From Tetramitus jugosus (taxonomy: Eukaryota; Protista; Heterolobosea): 64,000 nucleotides of DNA. The stretch is taken from positions 62,001-126,000 of the forward strand of contig OW569365.1 in the NCBI GenBank assembly GCA_937625935.1. Reading direction: 5' to 3'. Shown piece by piece: positions 19,924 to 30,627 of the stretch. Position numbers and translations under genes: made by a program. The notes beneath the pieces are model-generated. The model saw nothing but the letters and a program-made list of their open reading frames with translations. It was not told the DNA's origin and made no database searches. The stretch's first letter is position 1; every line of letters starts with the position of its first letter.

Positions 19924-22624
19924 ATGTCATCAAGTCCCATTTCGACTCATGAGACTGCTGACAGTCAAGAACAAACCCCACTGGCCAAACAAGAAGTTCT
20001 TCTCAAGGACGCCAAAAAACAAGCAGAGCTTGAATCATATCGAATGCGTAGAGCTCTCGACAAGGGACAACTCGAAGAAGCATTGAAACACTCTGCCAAA
20101 ATGTTGAATGAGCTCAGAACGAATGCCCTCTCCCCCAAGAATTACTATGACTTGTGTAAGTGTGTTTTTAATGTGTGTGTTTTTAATGTGTTTTTGTGTG
20201 TGAACAATCAGAGGAGTGCCCACTCGGTTTTTTTTTGATTTTGACTTGATAAAAAATTCTGTTTGATCATGAACAAAATATGATGACTCACTTTTTTCAT
20301 TGTCTTACGATCATCAATATCATCAATATCATCAAGATATGACTGTTTTTGATCAATTGAGATATTTGGAAATGTACTTTGATGAGGAGAGATCCAGAGG
20401 TAGAAACATGCAAGATCTATACGAAGTTGTACAACATGCGGGCAACATTGTGCCTAGACTCTATCTATTGATCACTGTCGGGTCAGTGTACATCAAATCA
20501 AAGCAAGTTCCAGCCAAGGACATTTTGAGAGATTTGGTTGAGATGTGCAAGGGTGTTCAACATCCAACAAGAGGCCTCTTTATGAGAAATTACTTGAGTC
20601 AGATTGCAAAGGACAAGTTGCCAGATACGGGATCTGACTATGAAGGATTTGGTGGCAATGTTGAGGACGCCATTGCTTTCATCTTGCAAAATTTTAATGA
20701 AATGGTGTTTCTGTTCTCCAGATTAAAGAACGAAGGACCAGTCAAGGAAAGACAAAAGAGAGAAAAGGAGAGATATGATTTGAGAATTTTGATTGGTACA
20801 AACTTGGTTCGGTTGAGTCAATTGGACGGTGTATCATTGGACATGTACAAGGAAGCTGTTTTGCCAAAGATATTGGAGATTGTCATCAAGTCATTCGATA
20901 AGGTTGCTCAACAGTACTTGATGGAGAGTATTATTCAAGTTTTCCCAGATGAGTATCACATTGCTACTCTGCATACTTTGCTGCAAGCATGCCTAGAATT
21001 GCACGTCGATGTTGATTTGAAGTCTGTGTTCACTTCCCTCATGGATCGTTTGGCCAACTATGCAAAACAATTCCCAGAGCAAATGCCAAGTGACGTCAAC
21101 ATTATTGAAGTGTTCTCTGATTATATTGAAAAGACTGAAGAGGTAACGTACACTACTTTTTTTTCCTATGTCAATGCACTTAGTTTCTAGTTGTTGTTAA
21201 TGATTGTTATGCTAACCAATAATATCTTTGACGTTTGTCAAATTCTGTCCCTACTCCATTGATACCATTAGAGAGGTGTTGAATTGTCCGATAACTTGAG
21301 TATTCAGATCTCATTGATGACACTTGCTCTTCAAACATATCCTGATAACACTGACTATGTCAACAAGATTATTAATAACATTGCTAGTCAATTGAATAGC
21401 ACTGCACTTGCTTCAGATGAAATTGTAGACATGTTGAAGCGATTGTTGTTGGTGCCACTCGAGTCATACAACAATGTGCTTACAGTTTTGAAGTTGGAGA
21501 AGTATGGTGATATTATTCATTCTCTTGGATATGAACAGAGAAAGTTTATTGCACTGAGCATTGTGAGATGCGCACTTGACAATGGACACAAGATTTCAAC
21601 ATTTGAACAAGTGAACAAACTGTTTGATTTGATCCGTCCACTGTTGAAGGATGAGGAAGACCAGACAACATTCTCACCTTCTGACGACTCACCAATAGCT
21701 GCAACATTGCTCGAAGATTTCGAAGAAGAACAGAACTTGATTGCCAGATTGGTTCATTTGTTTGATAATAGCGATACTGATCAATTGTTTAAAGTTTTGG
21801 CCGCAGCCAGAAAGCACTTTGGTCAGGGTGGTGTCAAGAGAATTCAATACACATTGGTGCCGCTTGTATTCTCTTACTTGAAACTTGCTCAGAGAATCTA
21901 CAATGCACAGGAGGAAGAAAAGGTGATCAATGTAGACAAGGTGTTCAAGTATGTGCTCGAAATTTTGCAGGTTTATGCCAACCACAGACCAAGTGTCGCC
22001 TTGACACTCTATCTCCAAAGTGCTCAATGTGCTGATCAATGCGCCTCTGATCAAATCGTGTACGAATTCCTGACACAGGCATTCATGATCTATGAAGAGG
22101 AAGACAGCAAGATTCAATTGAATTATTTGACCTTGATCATCAACACGCTGCAAAATATGAAGAATATGACTCGCGAGAACTATGACACATTGTCCACAAA
22201 GACCTGCCAATACTCATCCAAGCTATTGAGGAAGCCTGATCAGTGCAGAGCTGCCTTCACTTGCTCTCATCTGTTCTGGCCGTTCGTGAATAACGAAGAG
22301 CTTCAGAACAGTTCAAAGGCACTTGAATGCTTGCAATGGTCGTTGAAGATTGTCAAGGCATGCATGCCTGCACAACAAATTCCATTGTTTGTTGACATTT
22401 TGAACGTGTACGCTTATCACTTTGACAAGGACAATGACAAGGTGACTGCCGAGTACATTAACGGTCTCATTGATCTAATCGCTGACAATATCTCAAAGAT
22501 TGAAGAAGAGGAGACTCCTGATGATGTCTTTGCACCAACCAATGTCTTCTATCGCAACACTATCAACTATTTGAGATCCAAGAAGAGGAGTGATTCTGAA
22601 AAGTATGCCGAGATTGCTATTTAA
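19924..22624 (+). CDS. VPS35: Retromer subunit VPS35
   Basis: Exons 19924-20155, 20337-21142, 21272-22624. LSPKNYYDLYM (across the junction), GNIVPRLYLLITVG, GVQHPTRGLF.R.YL, LLRKPDQCRA. Confidence 0.97.
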
Positions 22625-22713
22625 TCTGCAGTAAACTGCCCTGTAACATTTTGATACTCCTTTATCTTACAATTCTTCACAACCACATATCAATCTCACA
22701 CATCACGTGTGAT

Positions 22714-23244
22714 CTATGAGAGGTTCCATTGATTACTCTCGCTCACCTGAGCCAATTGTCGAATTGGAGCCACAGGATCATAGATCTGACCCACATAAAC
22801 AAAGAAACGATCGTCAATGATGACAGATTGGAACCGAACAGCACTCACACTAAAACTAAACTCCAAATCACTCTTCTCTTCACTGTTGGTTGACCGACTC
22901 CGTGGATCATTATACTCTCCACAGATACAGCTCCACTTTCCTCCAAACTCCTCATTACACTTCCTTCCAATCCCAAACGACAATTTTGTAAACAGAAACT
23001 CGTTACAATCTTCAGTTGAAATCTTTTCAGCAACAATAATTTCTTGATAACAGGAATGGATCAATTGCACCAAACGATTCCATTGATCTGTTGAGAACCC
23101 CAAGCCATTTGCTCTTTCTAGCTTCATTTGCTTTTTTTTCTTCCGTTGCTCTCGCCAAATTTCTGTGTGAGCCAGTCTGACTCTTTCCATGCAACAGATG
23201 TATTTCTCATTGAACAACGGCGAATCAGAGATCATGTCATTCAA
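22714..23244 (-). CDS. Dynein light chain (LC8-type) domain protein, divergent
   Basis: IGRKCNEEFGGKWSCICGE...FSFSV...FFVYV resembles the LC8 core (KKEFDKKYG.TWHCIVG). Confidence 0.5.
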   Translation of the reverse strand: MNDMISDSPLFNEKYICCMERVRLAHTEIWREQRKKKKQMKLERANGLGFSTDQWNRLVQLIHSCYQEIIVAEKISTEDCNEFLFTKLSFGIGRKCNEEFGGKWSCICGEYNDPRSRSTNSEEKSDLEFSFSVSAVRFQSVIIDDRFFVYVGQIYDPVAPIRQLAQVSESNQWNLS

Positions 23245-23365
23245 TCACGCTCTGTGACGCTTAAATGATCTTGTGTGGGATCTTCCAATCAAAATCAAAA
23301 AAAGATATCACTTTTCTCTCTTTGTTGTTCAGAACACACAACAAACAAAACAACTTGGGATTAAA

Positions 23366-24601
23366 ATGTCTGCAGCTACGCACACGATTCAAACAGTGTA
23401 TGCCTTCATGGAAAAATTCATGTGGCACGACACTAGTTCCGAAAGTTGTGGAACATTGAAAGCAGGAATTCGTGCTTGCACTCCTTCAAAACAAGCTATT
23501 GTTGTTCATGACCAGGTAGATGAGCAACAACAAGAGATGGAGAGATATGTGATGCTTCAGCAGCATCAACACTTTGAGAATAGTGAAACCAAGAGAAGGA
23601 TTCACAATATGCTCGAAGTGAGTGACTTGTTGTTTACTCACTTGTTCAGAGTGCCTCCGCCAATGATTGAGCCTGCTCCTCTGTCATTTCTAGAAAAGTT
23701 TCACACGAGGGAGTACCTCCAGAGAATAAAGCAAATGAGTGAGAATGGTATGGGTGGCAATGCAGGACATGCGCCTTTTGGTCCTGGAAGCTTTGAGATT
23801 GCTCAGTATGCTGTTGGTGCCTGTTTTTCGTGTGCCGATGAAATTATGAGACCGGATAATGGGATCAAGAATGGTTATGCACTGGTGAGACCTCCTGGAC
23901 ACCATGCAGAGAGAGATATTGGCCTCGGTTTTTGTTTGTTGGCCAACGTAGCACTTACAGCCATTTACTTGAAGGAAAAGTATCATTTGAAGAAGGTGGC
24001 AATTGTGGACTTTGATGCTCATCATGGTAACGGAACGCAACAAGCCTTTTACAACGATCCAAATGTCCTCTTCATGTCAGTTCACCAGGACAGAAATTAT
24101 CCGACAAATTCCGGTCTTGTCACAGAGATTGGCGAAGGTGCAGGAGAAGGTTACACAATCAATATTCCGTTGCCTGCTGGATCAGGCATTGGTGCATACG
24201 AGTATGTGACCGATAGAGTGTTTGTGCCTGCACTGTTGGCATTTGAACCAGAGTTCATATTGGTGTCATGTGGCTTCGATGCCAACGCTTTTGATCCGTT
24301 GGCTCGAATGATGTTGTGCAGCAGCACCTATCAGTACATGACCAAGAATATTATGCAAGTGGCTAGCAAGGTCTGTCAGGATCGAATGCTCTATGTTCAC
24401 GAAGGAGGCTACTCACCGGTCGTAGTTCCCATGTGTGGCCTGAAAACAATTGAAACTCTTTGCGGTATTGAAGACAAGGACAGCAAGGTCGAGGATCCAT
24501 TTGATGCCATCATTAAGAGGAAGGGTGGTCAAGAACTAAAGGATGCAGAGAAATTAGTGGTTGATGAAGCGTACAAGGTTGTGCAAAAATATCTTTTGTA
24601 A
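23366..24601 (+). CDS. Zn-dependent class II histone deacetylase-like amidohydrolase (bacterial HDAH type)
   Basis: RPPGHHA, GFC, DFDAHHGNGTQ, SCGFDA, HEGGY catalytic motifs; N-terminal WHDT...HFENSETKRR; intronless; ATG 23366. Confidence 0.92.
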   Translation: MSAATHTIQTVYAFMEKFMWHDTSSESCGTLKAGIRACTPSKQAIVVHDQVDEQQQEMERYVMLQQHQHFENSETKRRIHNMLEVSDLLFTHLFRVPPPMIEPAPLSFLEKFHTREYLQRIKQMSENGMGGNAGHAPFGPGSFEIAQYAVGACFSCADEIMRPDNGIKNGYALVRPPGHHAERDIGLGFCLLANVALTAIYLKEKYHLKKVAIVDFDAHHGNGTQQAFYNDPNVLFMSVHQDRNYPTNSGLVTEIGEGAGEGYTINIPLPAGSGIGAYEYVTDRVFVPALLAFEPEFILVSCGFDANAFDPLARMMLCSSTYQYMTKNIMQVASKVCQDRMLYVHEGGYSPVVVPMCGLKTIETLCGIEDKDSKVEDPFDAIIKRKGGQELKDAEKLVVDEAYKVVQKYLL

Positions 24602-24667
24602 GAATGTTTACAATGATAAAAAAGGAGAAGATGAATTTATTTACACGTGGTCATCATTCAATTGAAA

Positions 24668-25198
24668 TTACATGCGATATGGAGGATTTCCTCCATATCC
24701 CTGTGTACCTCCACCAGGTGTTGGTTGAATACCACTTGTTCCTGTTGTTGAGGTGGTGCCTGGAGGAACGAGAGGGTAGTTTCGGTTTTGTTGAGAAGGA
24801 ATAGCTCCTCCCAGATTGGGAGGCATGTTGGAATATTGAGAATAGGCTCCTGATGTTTGAGTGGGGTATCCGCTACCCATCATACCTGGTTGTTGCATGC
24901 TCGTTGTTCCCATTGACGGAGTTGATTGTTGGAAGCCTTGTTGGAAACCTTGTTGTTGTTGACCCATGCCCATTCCATAACCACCCATTCCACTACTAAT
25001 ATTGGAAGCTCCACCCATTCCACCAATTGGTCCAGGAGGAGCTTGGGTCATTGGGTTCATTGTCGAGTAAGAGGACATTGGTTGATTCATCATACCAGTT
25101 TGAGGCATAGAAGTAGGCATGGCTGACGAGTCCATATAGGGCAAGTTAGGAGAGGCCTTTTGAGGTTGATAACCGTAGGAAGGATTGTATGGATCCAT
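24668..25198 (-). CDS. G/P/Q/M/Y-rich low-complexity protein
   Basis: 176-aa ATG ORF with prion-like composition and almost no charged residues. Confidence 0.65.
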   Translation of the reverse strand: MDPYNPSYGYQPQKASPNLPYMDSSAMPTSMPQTGMMNQPMSSYSTMNPMTQAPPGPIGGMGGASNISSGMGGYGMGMGQQQQGFQQGFQQSTPSMGTTSMQQPGMMGSGYPTQTSGAYSQYSNMPPNLGGAIPSQQNRNYPLVPPGTTSTTGTSGIQPTPGGGTQGYGGNPPYRM

Positions 25199-25468
25199 TA
25201 TGACGAAATTTTATTAGTCTGCTGTGTTGGAGTGTTTCTGTGTGCGATGTCTCACTGAATTCACTTGTGAGAGAGCCAACCCAACTGAAGTGAGGGAAAT
25301 GAAACAAGGCTCGGATCTGAAATCGCAAAACGATCCACGAATACTTTTGATCGAATTCGATTCCTTTCTGAAAATAGCTGTCATCGGTGAAGGAATTGTA
25401 AAGAAATTAGAATATATGTTACTGAACTTACTTTATGTACATTTACAATAAGGACCAAATGAGAAGAT

Positions 25469-26872
25469 TTACTTTTTCTCCTCCTTCTGCTTCTTCTTGG
25501 ATAACTTCTTTCCAAACTCTTCATTGATGGAAGCTCCGAATCCCATCTTTGACTGAGCTTTCTTGGAAGCAACTGGTTGTTCAGCTAGTGGAACTGCTGC
25601 TGCAGTAGGAGACTTTGTCACTTGTTCACTACTTGATGGTTTCTCATCCATTACAATCAAGGACTCCTTCGATTCGCTCTGCAAAGGTTTTAGTGGTGAC
25701 AGCGGGGATGAACTCAAATTCTGGACGCTGGGTGATGCTACGGGAGATCCAGTCTTTTTCACCCCTGTCATTTCCTCTCTTCCTTGGGATGCAGGTTGAG
25801 TTTCTTGAGTTACTTTGGTCGTTGTAACAGGAACAAGTGTCTCTGAAGGAGCAGTCATTACCTCTGAGGTCTCCTTGAGAACTGAACCAACACCTGATAT
25901 TCCGATGGGTTGTGTGTTCAATTTCTCTGCAGGGAGCAACATTTCGGAGCCTGGTGTAGGAACATTATGTGTTACCGTGGTGGTCGTTGTAGTAGTTGAT
26001 GGGAGAAGGGTAGCCTTTTCCTTTCCCTTGTACTTTGTTTCATACACTTGGCTGAGGTCTAACTGATCAGTCTTTTCCACAACTTCAGTCACAGTTCTCT
26101 CTGCTCTAACAACTCTGAGAACAGGTTTCTCATAGATTACCCTCTGAATGATTTGTTCGTGCACTTCTTCAATTGGCTGTTCATGAATCTCTGTGATAAC
26201 GGGCTTAGAGATGACATAATGCTTGACCAACTCTCTCTCCACTTGTTTAGTTGGTTCATAGTTGTGAACTTCAACGTCACTTTTTTGGTCAACTTGAACT
26301 TGTTGTAAAGAATCCTTCTCCCGTAGCTCCTTCAACAATTTTTCAATTTCGAGATCAGCTTCGTCCTTTCCCTCAATTTGATATACTGGATCATCAATAA
26401 TCTTGACTTGTTGAACAGGGTGAACAAATCTCTTGATCATTGGTTGCTCTCTGATTTCGATCACATCTTGGACGTACTTCTCATGAATATGAACCTTCTT
26501 GTGCAAGTCAGTGTGTTGAATCTTCTCGACTCTCTCCAACACAGGCTTCTCTTGTATGACTTGAATGTCAACTGGGATCGGTGAAGCAGAGTTGGAAGGG
26601 AGCTGAGAAGGAGACGGAACAGTAGTCGTCGCGGTAACTGTTGTAGATGTAGTTGAAGGAAGGGGAGGAGTAGTATGTACTGGTTGAGTGACCATTGTAG
26701 GGGCTGCTCCAATAGTAACGGGGCCAGTAGCAGCTGGAGACATGGGAGTAACCTTGTGTTGAGGAGATTCTTGTGCAATCAGTTTGCTAACTGCAGGTGA
26801 GACCGCAGCAGCACCGGTCGTGATTGGTTGAGAAGCTAGAGGGATTGATCGATTTGCTCTTGTTTCTACCAT
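25469..26872 (-). CDS. V/E/K/P-rich repeat protein
   Basis: 467-aa ORF; core motifs EKPVLERVEK, IEIREQP, TEIHEQPIEEVHEQ, YEKPVLRVV between S/T/P-rich ends. Confidence 0.75.
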   Translation of the reverse strand: MVETRANRSIPLASQPITTGAAAVSPAVSKLIAQESPQHKVTPMSPAATGPVTIGAAPTMVTQPVHTTPPLPSTTSTTVTATTTVPSPSQLPSNSASPIPVDIQVIQEKPVLERVEKIQHTDLHKKVHIHEKYVQDVIEIREQPMIKRFVHPVQQVKIIDDPVYQIEGKDEADLEIEKLLKELREKDSLQQVQVDQKSDVEVHNYEPTKQVERELVKHYVISKPVITEIHEQPIEEVHEQIIQRVIYEKPVLRVVRAERTVTEVVEKTDQLDLSQVYETKYKGKEKATLLPSTTTTTTTVTHNVPTPGSEMLLPAEKLNTQPIGISGVGSVLKETSEVMTAPSETLVPVTTTKVTQETQPASQGREEMTGVKKTGSPVASPSVQNLSSSPLSPLKPLQSESKESLIVMDEKPSSSEQVTKSPTAAAVPLAEQPVASKKAQSKMGFGASINEEFGKKLSKKKQKEEKK

Positions 26873-27009
26873 GCTTCAGTCAAATGGATTGAATTCAAAT
26901 AATGATAAAGTGTATGTGTTTCACAGAAAATGGTTCCTGTCTCAACAGAAGAAAAAAGAAAGGGACAAAATGAAAAGGAAAACTAATTGAATGGATCAGA
27001 GATAGCCAG

Positions 27010-27177
27010 GACACCCTTTTGAATCCCATCCGGATCTGAGATTGTTAATTTTATACAATCACAGTTCTGAGCTAATTTGAACAGATTGTTATGTCAGGGA
27101 GTATTTTGAGGTGGTGACCATTTTCATTCAGATAACAAACCAGTTGGCGCCCAAAATCCCTCCCTCGAAAGGGTGTC
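27010..27177 (+). ncRNA. Candidate structured RNA or degenerate inverted-repeat element
   Basis: 13-bp closing stem 27010-27022/27165-27177, an interrupted stem of about 19 bp 27097-27118/27143-27164, and small hairpins. Paired by eye only. Confidence 0.3.
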
Positions 27178-27666
27178 GAAGGGAAAACAAAACGTTCCGC
27201 CTTGAAAAAGTCCCAGAAACTCCACCACTCCTTTTCTTCTCCAATAAGAACATTCTATTGGTGTGCAAATCTCTCGCACCCGTAAACGAAAATCTCGTTG
27301 TCGCCGACTTGTTTGGTCAAATTGGAACACGCCAAAACTCGATAGGTTGACCAAATGCGTCGTTCTCAATTGTTCCCTTCGCTACCCCAGCAGATCATTT
27401 CGCGCAATCTGCTGTTTTGATAGCCATCCATTACCCTAAACACCTCGGATAAAATGGACAAAAAACTCCTTGCGTTATTTCATCCCCAAAAGAAACTGTG
27501 CGACAAGTGTATATGGAAATGAAAACGGTCTGTTTATTTGTGAGCTTTTCGTTATTGTCACCAGCAACGATGAGCTCAAACAAGCGCAGGTGCCGATGAT
27601 TCCAAAAAAAAGATTGTCGAGAGGTCAAAATGGAGGTATCCTCCCACATGCGTGCGCGTATGCTCT

Positions 27667-28914
27667 CTATAGACAAAATTGATGTTGTTGTTGTGGTGGT
27701 TGAGTTGACTCTTGACGAAGCCTGTGTGCTTCTTGTTGGTCCTCTTGTTGTGATGCAAGCTCTCTCTGGTGTTGCTCTAATAAACCCAGTATAAATTGCT
27801 TTTGTTCCTCTAGTGTTTCTTGTGGTTCTTCCGCCGGTATAGTAGTAGTGGTGGTAGTTGTGGTAGTATTGGTACAGATAGCTCTTGACAAACTGTTGCT
27901 ATTGTTATTGTTGTTGTTTGGCCTCCTTAAAGTAGAAGGGGTAGTAGTGGTGGTGGTAGCAGGAGCATCAGCAGTCATGTACTCTCTCACAATAAACACT
28001 TGATTCCTAGTCCGTGTTATTCTATTCTTCTTTTTTGTGATTTTGACTGGTCGCGAACTACTGTTGCGAGTGTGATGGTTCACTAGGTCAATTGAGCCAT
28101 TGCTATTGTTGACCTTGCGAGCAATGTATTGTGTTATCGTAATGGTCTCTATCGTTTCTACATGATTCAAGAAGTATTGACAGTTGGATGGTGATTGAGT
28201 GGATGGTAATGCAGAGAATGAAGAGTACAGACAACCATTGAGTGGTCGTTGTTGTTGTTGATATGGTTGATATGGTTGATAGGGAGCAGGAATAGGTATT
28301 CTCTTTTCCTTGACTTGAACCTTCTTATTGGCCTTGTACATTTCAGCAATTGCTGCTAAAGAAGAAGAGGAGGAGTTGGTGGAGGATACACAAGAGTCAT
28401 CATTTGTATTGTTGACTTGTTGTTGTTGTTGGTGATGGAAAAAGGATGGTTCTTCCTTCATGTCCACTTCTTCTTCTTCATCTTCTTGTATCGTTATGTG
28501 GTCAACATGGGATTGTTGTTGAGGTTGTTGTTGTTGATACATCATTGGATAAGAAGAGTTCATATTGTTGTTGTTTGTATTGTTGTTGTTACTAGTGTTG
28601 GTATAGTTATTATTATTACCGTTGTTGTTATTGTTATTGTTTGTATTGTTGTTGTGATTGTTGTGAATCATGCTATTGGTAGTAGCGTTGTGAAATAATG
28701 GCGCAGAGGTGGTTGAGACCGTGTTAATGATTGCTGATGGCTGTGCAGAGCAACAGGAGTCATGATTCCTCAACTCCACAACGACTGGAGGAGGGCAATT
28801 GTTGTTATTATGGACAAAGTTGCTAAAAAAGGACATGGTTGGAGGAGAGGCGCCAACAATGGGAGAAGTTTCTTCACAACTGAGGTTGGTATGATGGTGG
28901 ATATGTTGACACAT
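27667..28914 (-). CDS. N/Q/T-rich low-complexity hypothetical protein
   Basis: First ATG 28914 (MCQHIHHH); poly-N/Q tracts; basic patch KITKKKNRITRTR. Confidence 0.65.
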   Translation of the reverse strand: MCQHIHHHTNLSCEETSPIVGASPPTMSFFSNFVHNNNNCPPPVVVELRNHDSCCSAQPSAIINTVSTTSAPLFHNATTNSMIHNNHNNNTNNNNNNNGNNNNYTNTSNNNNTNNNNMNSSYPMMYQQQQPQQQSHVDHITIQEDEEEEVDMKEEPSFFHHQQQQQVNNTNDDSCVSSTNSSSSSLAAIAEMYKANKKVQVKEKRIPIPAPYQPYQPYQQQQRPLNGCLYSSFSALPSTQSPSNCQYFLNHVETIETITITQYIARKVNNSNGSIDLVNHHTRNSSSRPVKITKKKNRITRTRNQVFIVREYMTADAPATTTTTTPSTLRRPNNNNNNSNSLSRAICTNTTTTTTTTTIPAEEPQETLEEQKQFILGLLEQHQRELASQQEDQQEAHRLRQESTQPPQQQHQFCL

Positions 28915-30627
28915 GTTACTGATGGACGAGACAAAAAATGTGAGAATCTTTTTTTTTTTTGAGTAGTGACAGAGAGATAGGGTAGTCGTAAGCTTGTTAT
29001 TGGGTATGTGTGTTGGTTGTTGTCTATCGTAAAGATTCGAGATGAGAATAGAGACACTGTAAATGGTGGACTTGAGCTCAATGAGGATATGATGCAAGGG
29101 TTCTCTCTCTTCTTTTTTTTCTTTCACGTGGAATGTGTGGTCGTGAGTTGGTTGTTATGGTTGTGGGGAGGTAGTTAGCAAGTAAATGAGGTGCTTGTTT
29201 TAACTCTGCTGTGTAGTTGTGGCTGTATGGGGGATGTTGGCTGACGATTTTTCCCGTCCTGGGCTGACTTCCATAAAAGTAGTAGTCTTATTAAAGGCAA
29301 TCCCCTTGGTTTTGGCTAAAAGAGTTGACAATTCTGAACCGCGGAGCCCACATGTTGTGTAATTATGGTAATACAATACTAAAAACAAGCGACTAGGGGA
29401 AACTGTAGTCCTGCAATGGTGCTTAGATGACTTGATCTCTGACAAGAAACTCTGAACATGGTAATCAGGCAACAAAAGCTTCGGTCCTCTTCACATCAAC
29501 CTGGTGATTCGTAATGAGGATATGTGACACGGATGACGAAAAGTAAAATCCAACTAGGGATCGCGAGCACTCTTGCACAGTTCTCTTCTCTGTATCGAGT
29601 AAAAGTTGTTTTCCCTCTGTCTGAATCAGAAGTAAGAAGTTCACATTTTTTTGGTTTTTCTTGTCCGAAAGTGACATGAGGGTATTCAGGCGTTTTACTG
29701 CCACTGTACGTTTTACGGTCGGCGTTGGTTCGTTTGTAGAAAGGGTGCCAAACAGTATCTGTGAAGTTTCCTATCTGGATGTAAGCTCATGACACAAAAG
29801 GCTATCGGCTAATGAGTGGCACAATCAAAGTCCTAACGAAGAGCCCATTCCTAGGTTCTACAATCGAATCGTCAGTTGTTATCTTCTTGGAGAAAGAGTT
29901 TTGAACCAACAACACCATCGTACGAGGACAAATTCTTTCACTTTCCTACGAATAAAGAGAATGGTGGTTGAAACAAGATGGTTTCTCAATCGACGATTTC
30001 CAACTTATGTGACTCTTTTCTTCAAATTGAAACTTGGCAAGTCTGAATGTGCCTGGCGATTTGGGCTCCTCCATAATGTAGTAATTCAATGGAAGTTGTG
30101 GACAAGATGATAAACAACTGGAGAACGTTCAGGCAAGGTCATCACATCCAATGGATTAATGAAGCAAGCAATTAACTGTTGATTGGAGCTGCATTGACAC
30201 AGGTATGAGCGAAGATCTTTGAAGACACTTTTGAAGACTCCGAATCCGTAGCTGGGGCTAGAGATGCTTTTTAAATTGGAGACATCCCTCTTTCCGCACA
30301 CTCGAGTAACTTCATCCCTATGAAGAACTCAGGATAGCTCTATCCTTGCCCAGGCCAAGAAAATTGAAAGGAATTACAAATCATTGCTTGGTATCCAAGG
30401 GGAATCGTCAATTGATTGATTGATACCATTTCCGTTATCTCCGTGTTACAATAAGCACTGGACAATTATCGCTGAACTCTGTCCGAGACTGGTTCGAATT
30501 CAACATGGTCGGACGAGAATCACTTCAAAAACATTGGGGAGAAAAAGTCGTTCCTCTTGTTTGTTTTCCAGTTGAAACATCTCCCCATTTAAAAAAAACC
30601 ACGCAAACATCTTACTTATCATCAATA

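Noticed and set aside
27204-27214. GAAAAAGTCCC as the RNase MRP/P conserved region I
   Set aside because: No complementary CR-V partner found downstream.
27433-27441. ACCCTAAAC (also AACCCTAAA near 10058) as telomeric repeat or telomerase template
   Set aside because: Single isolated copies; expected by chance or as simple promoter motifs.
30481-30514. GGTTCGAATTC T-loop/B-box-like motif in a small hairpin as a tRNA
   Set aside because: No acceptor stem, D arm, anticodon arm or A box could be built.
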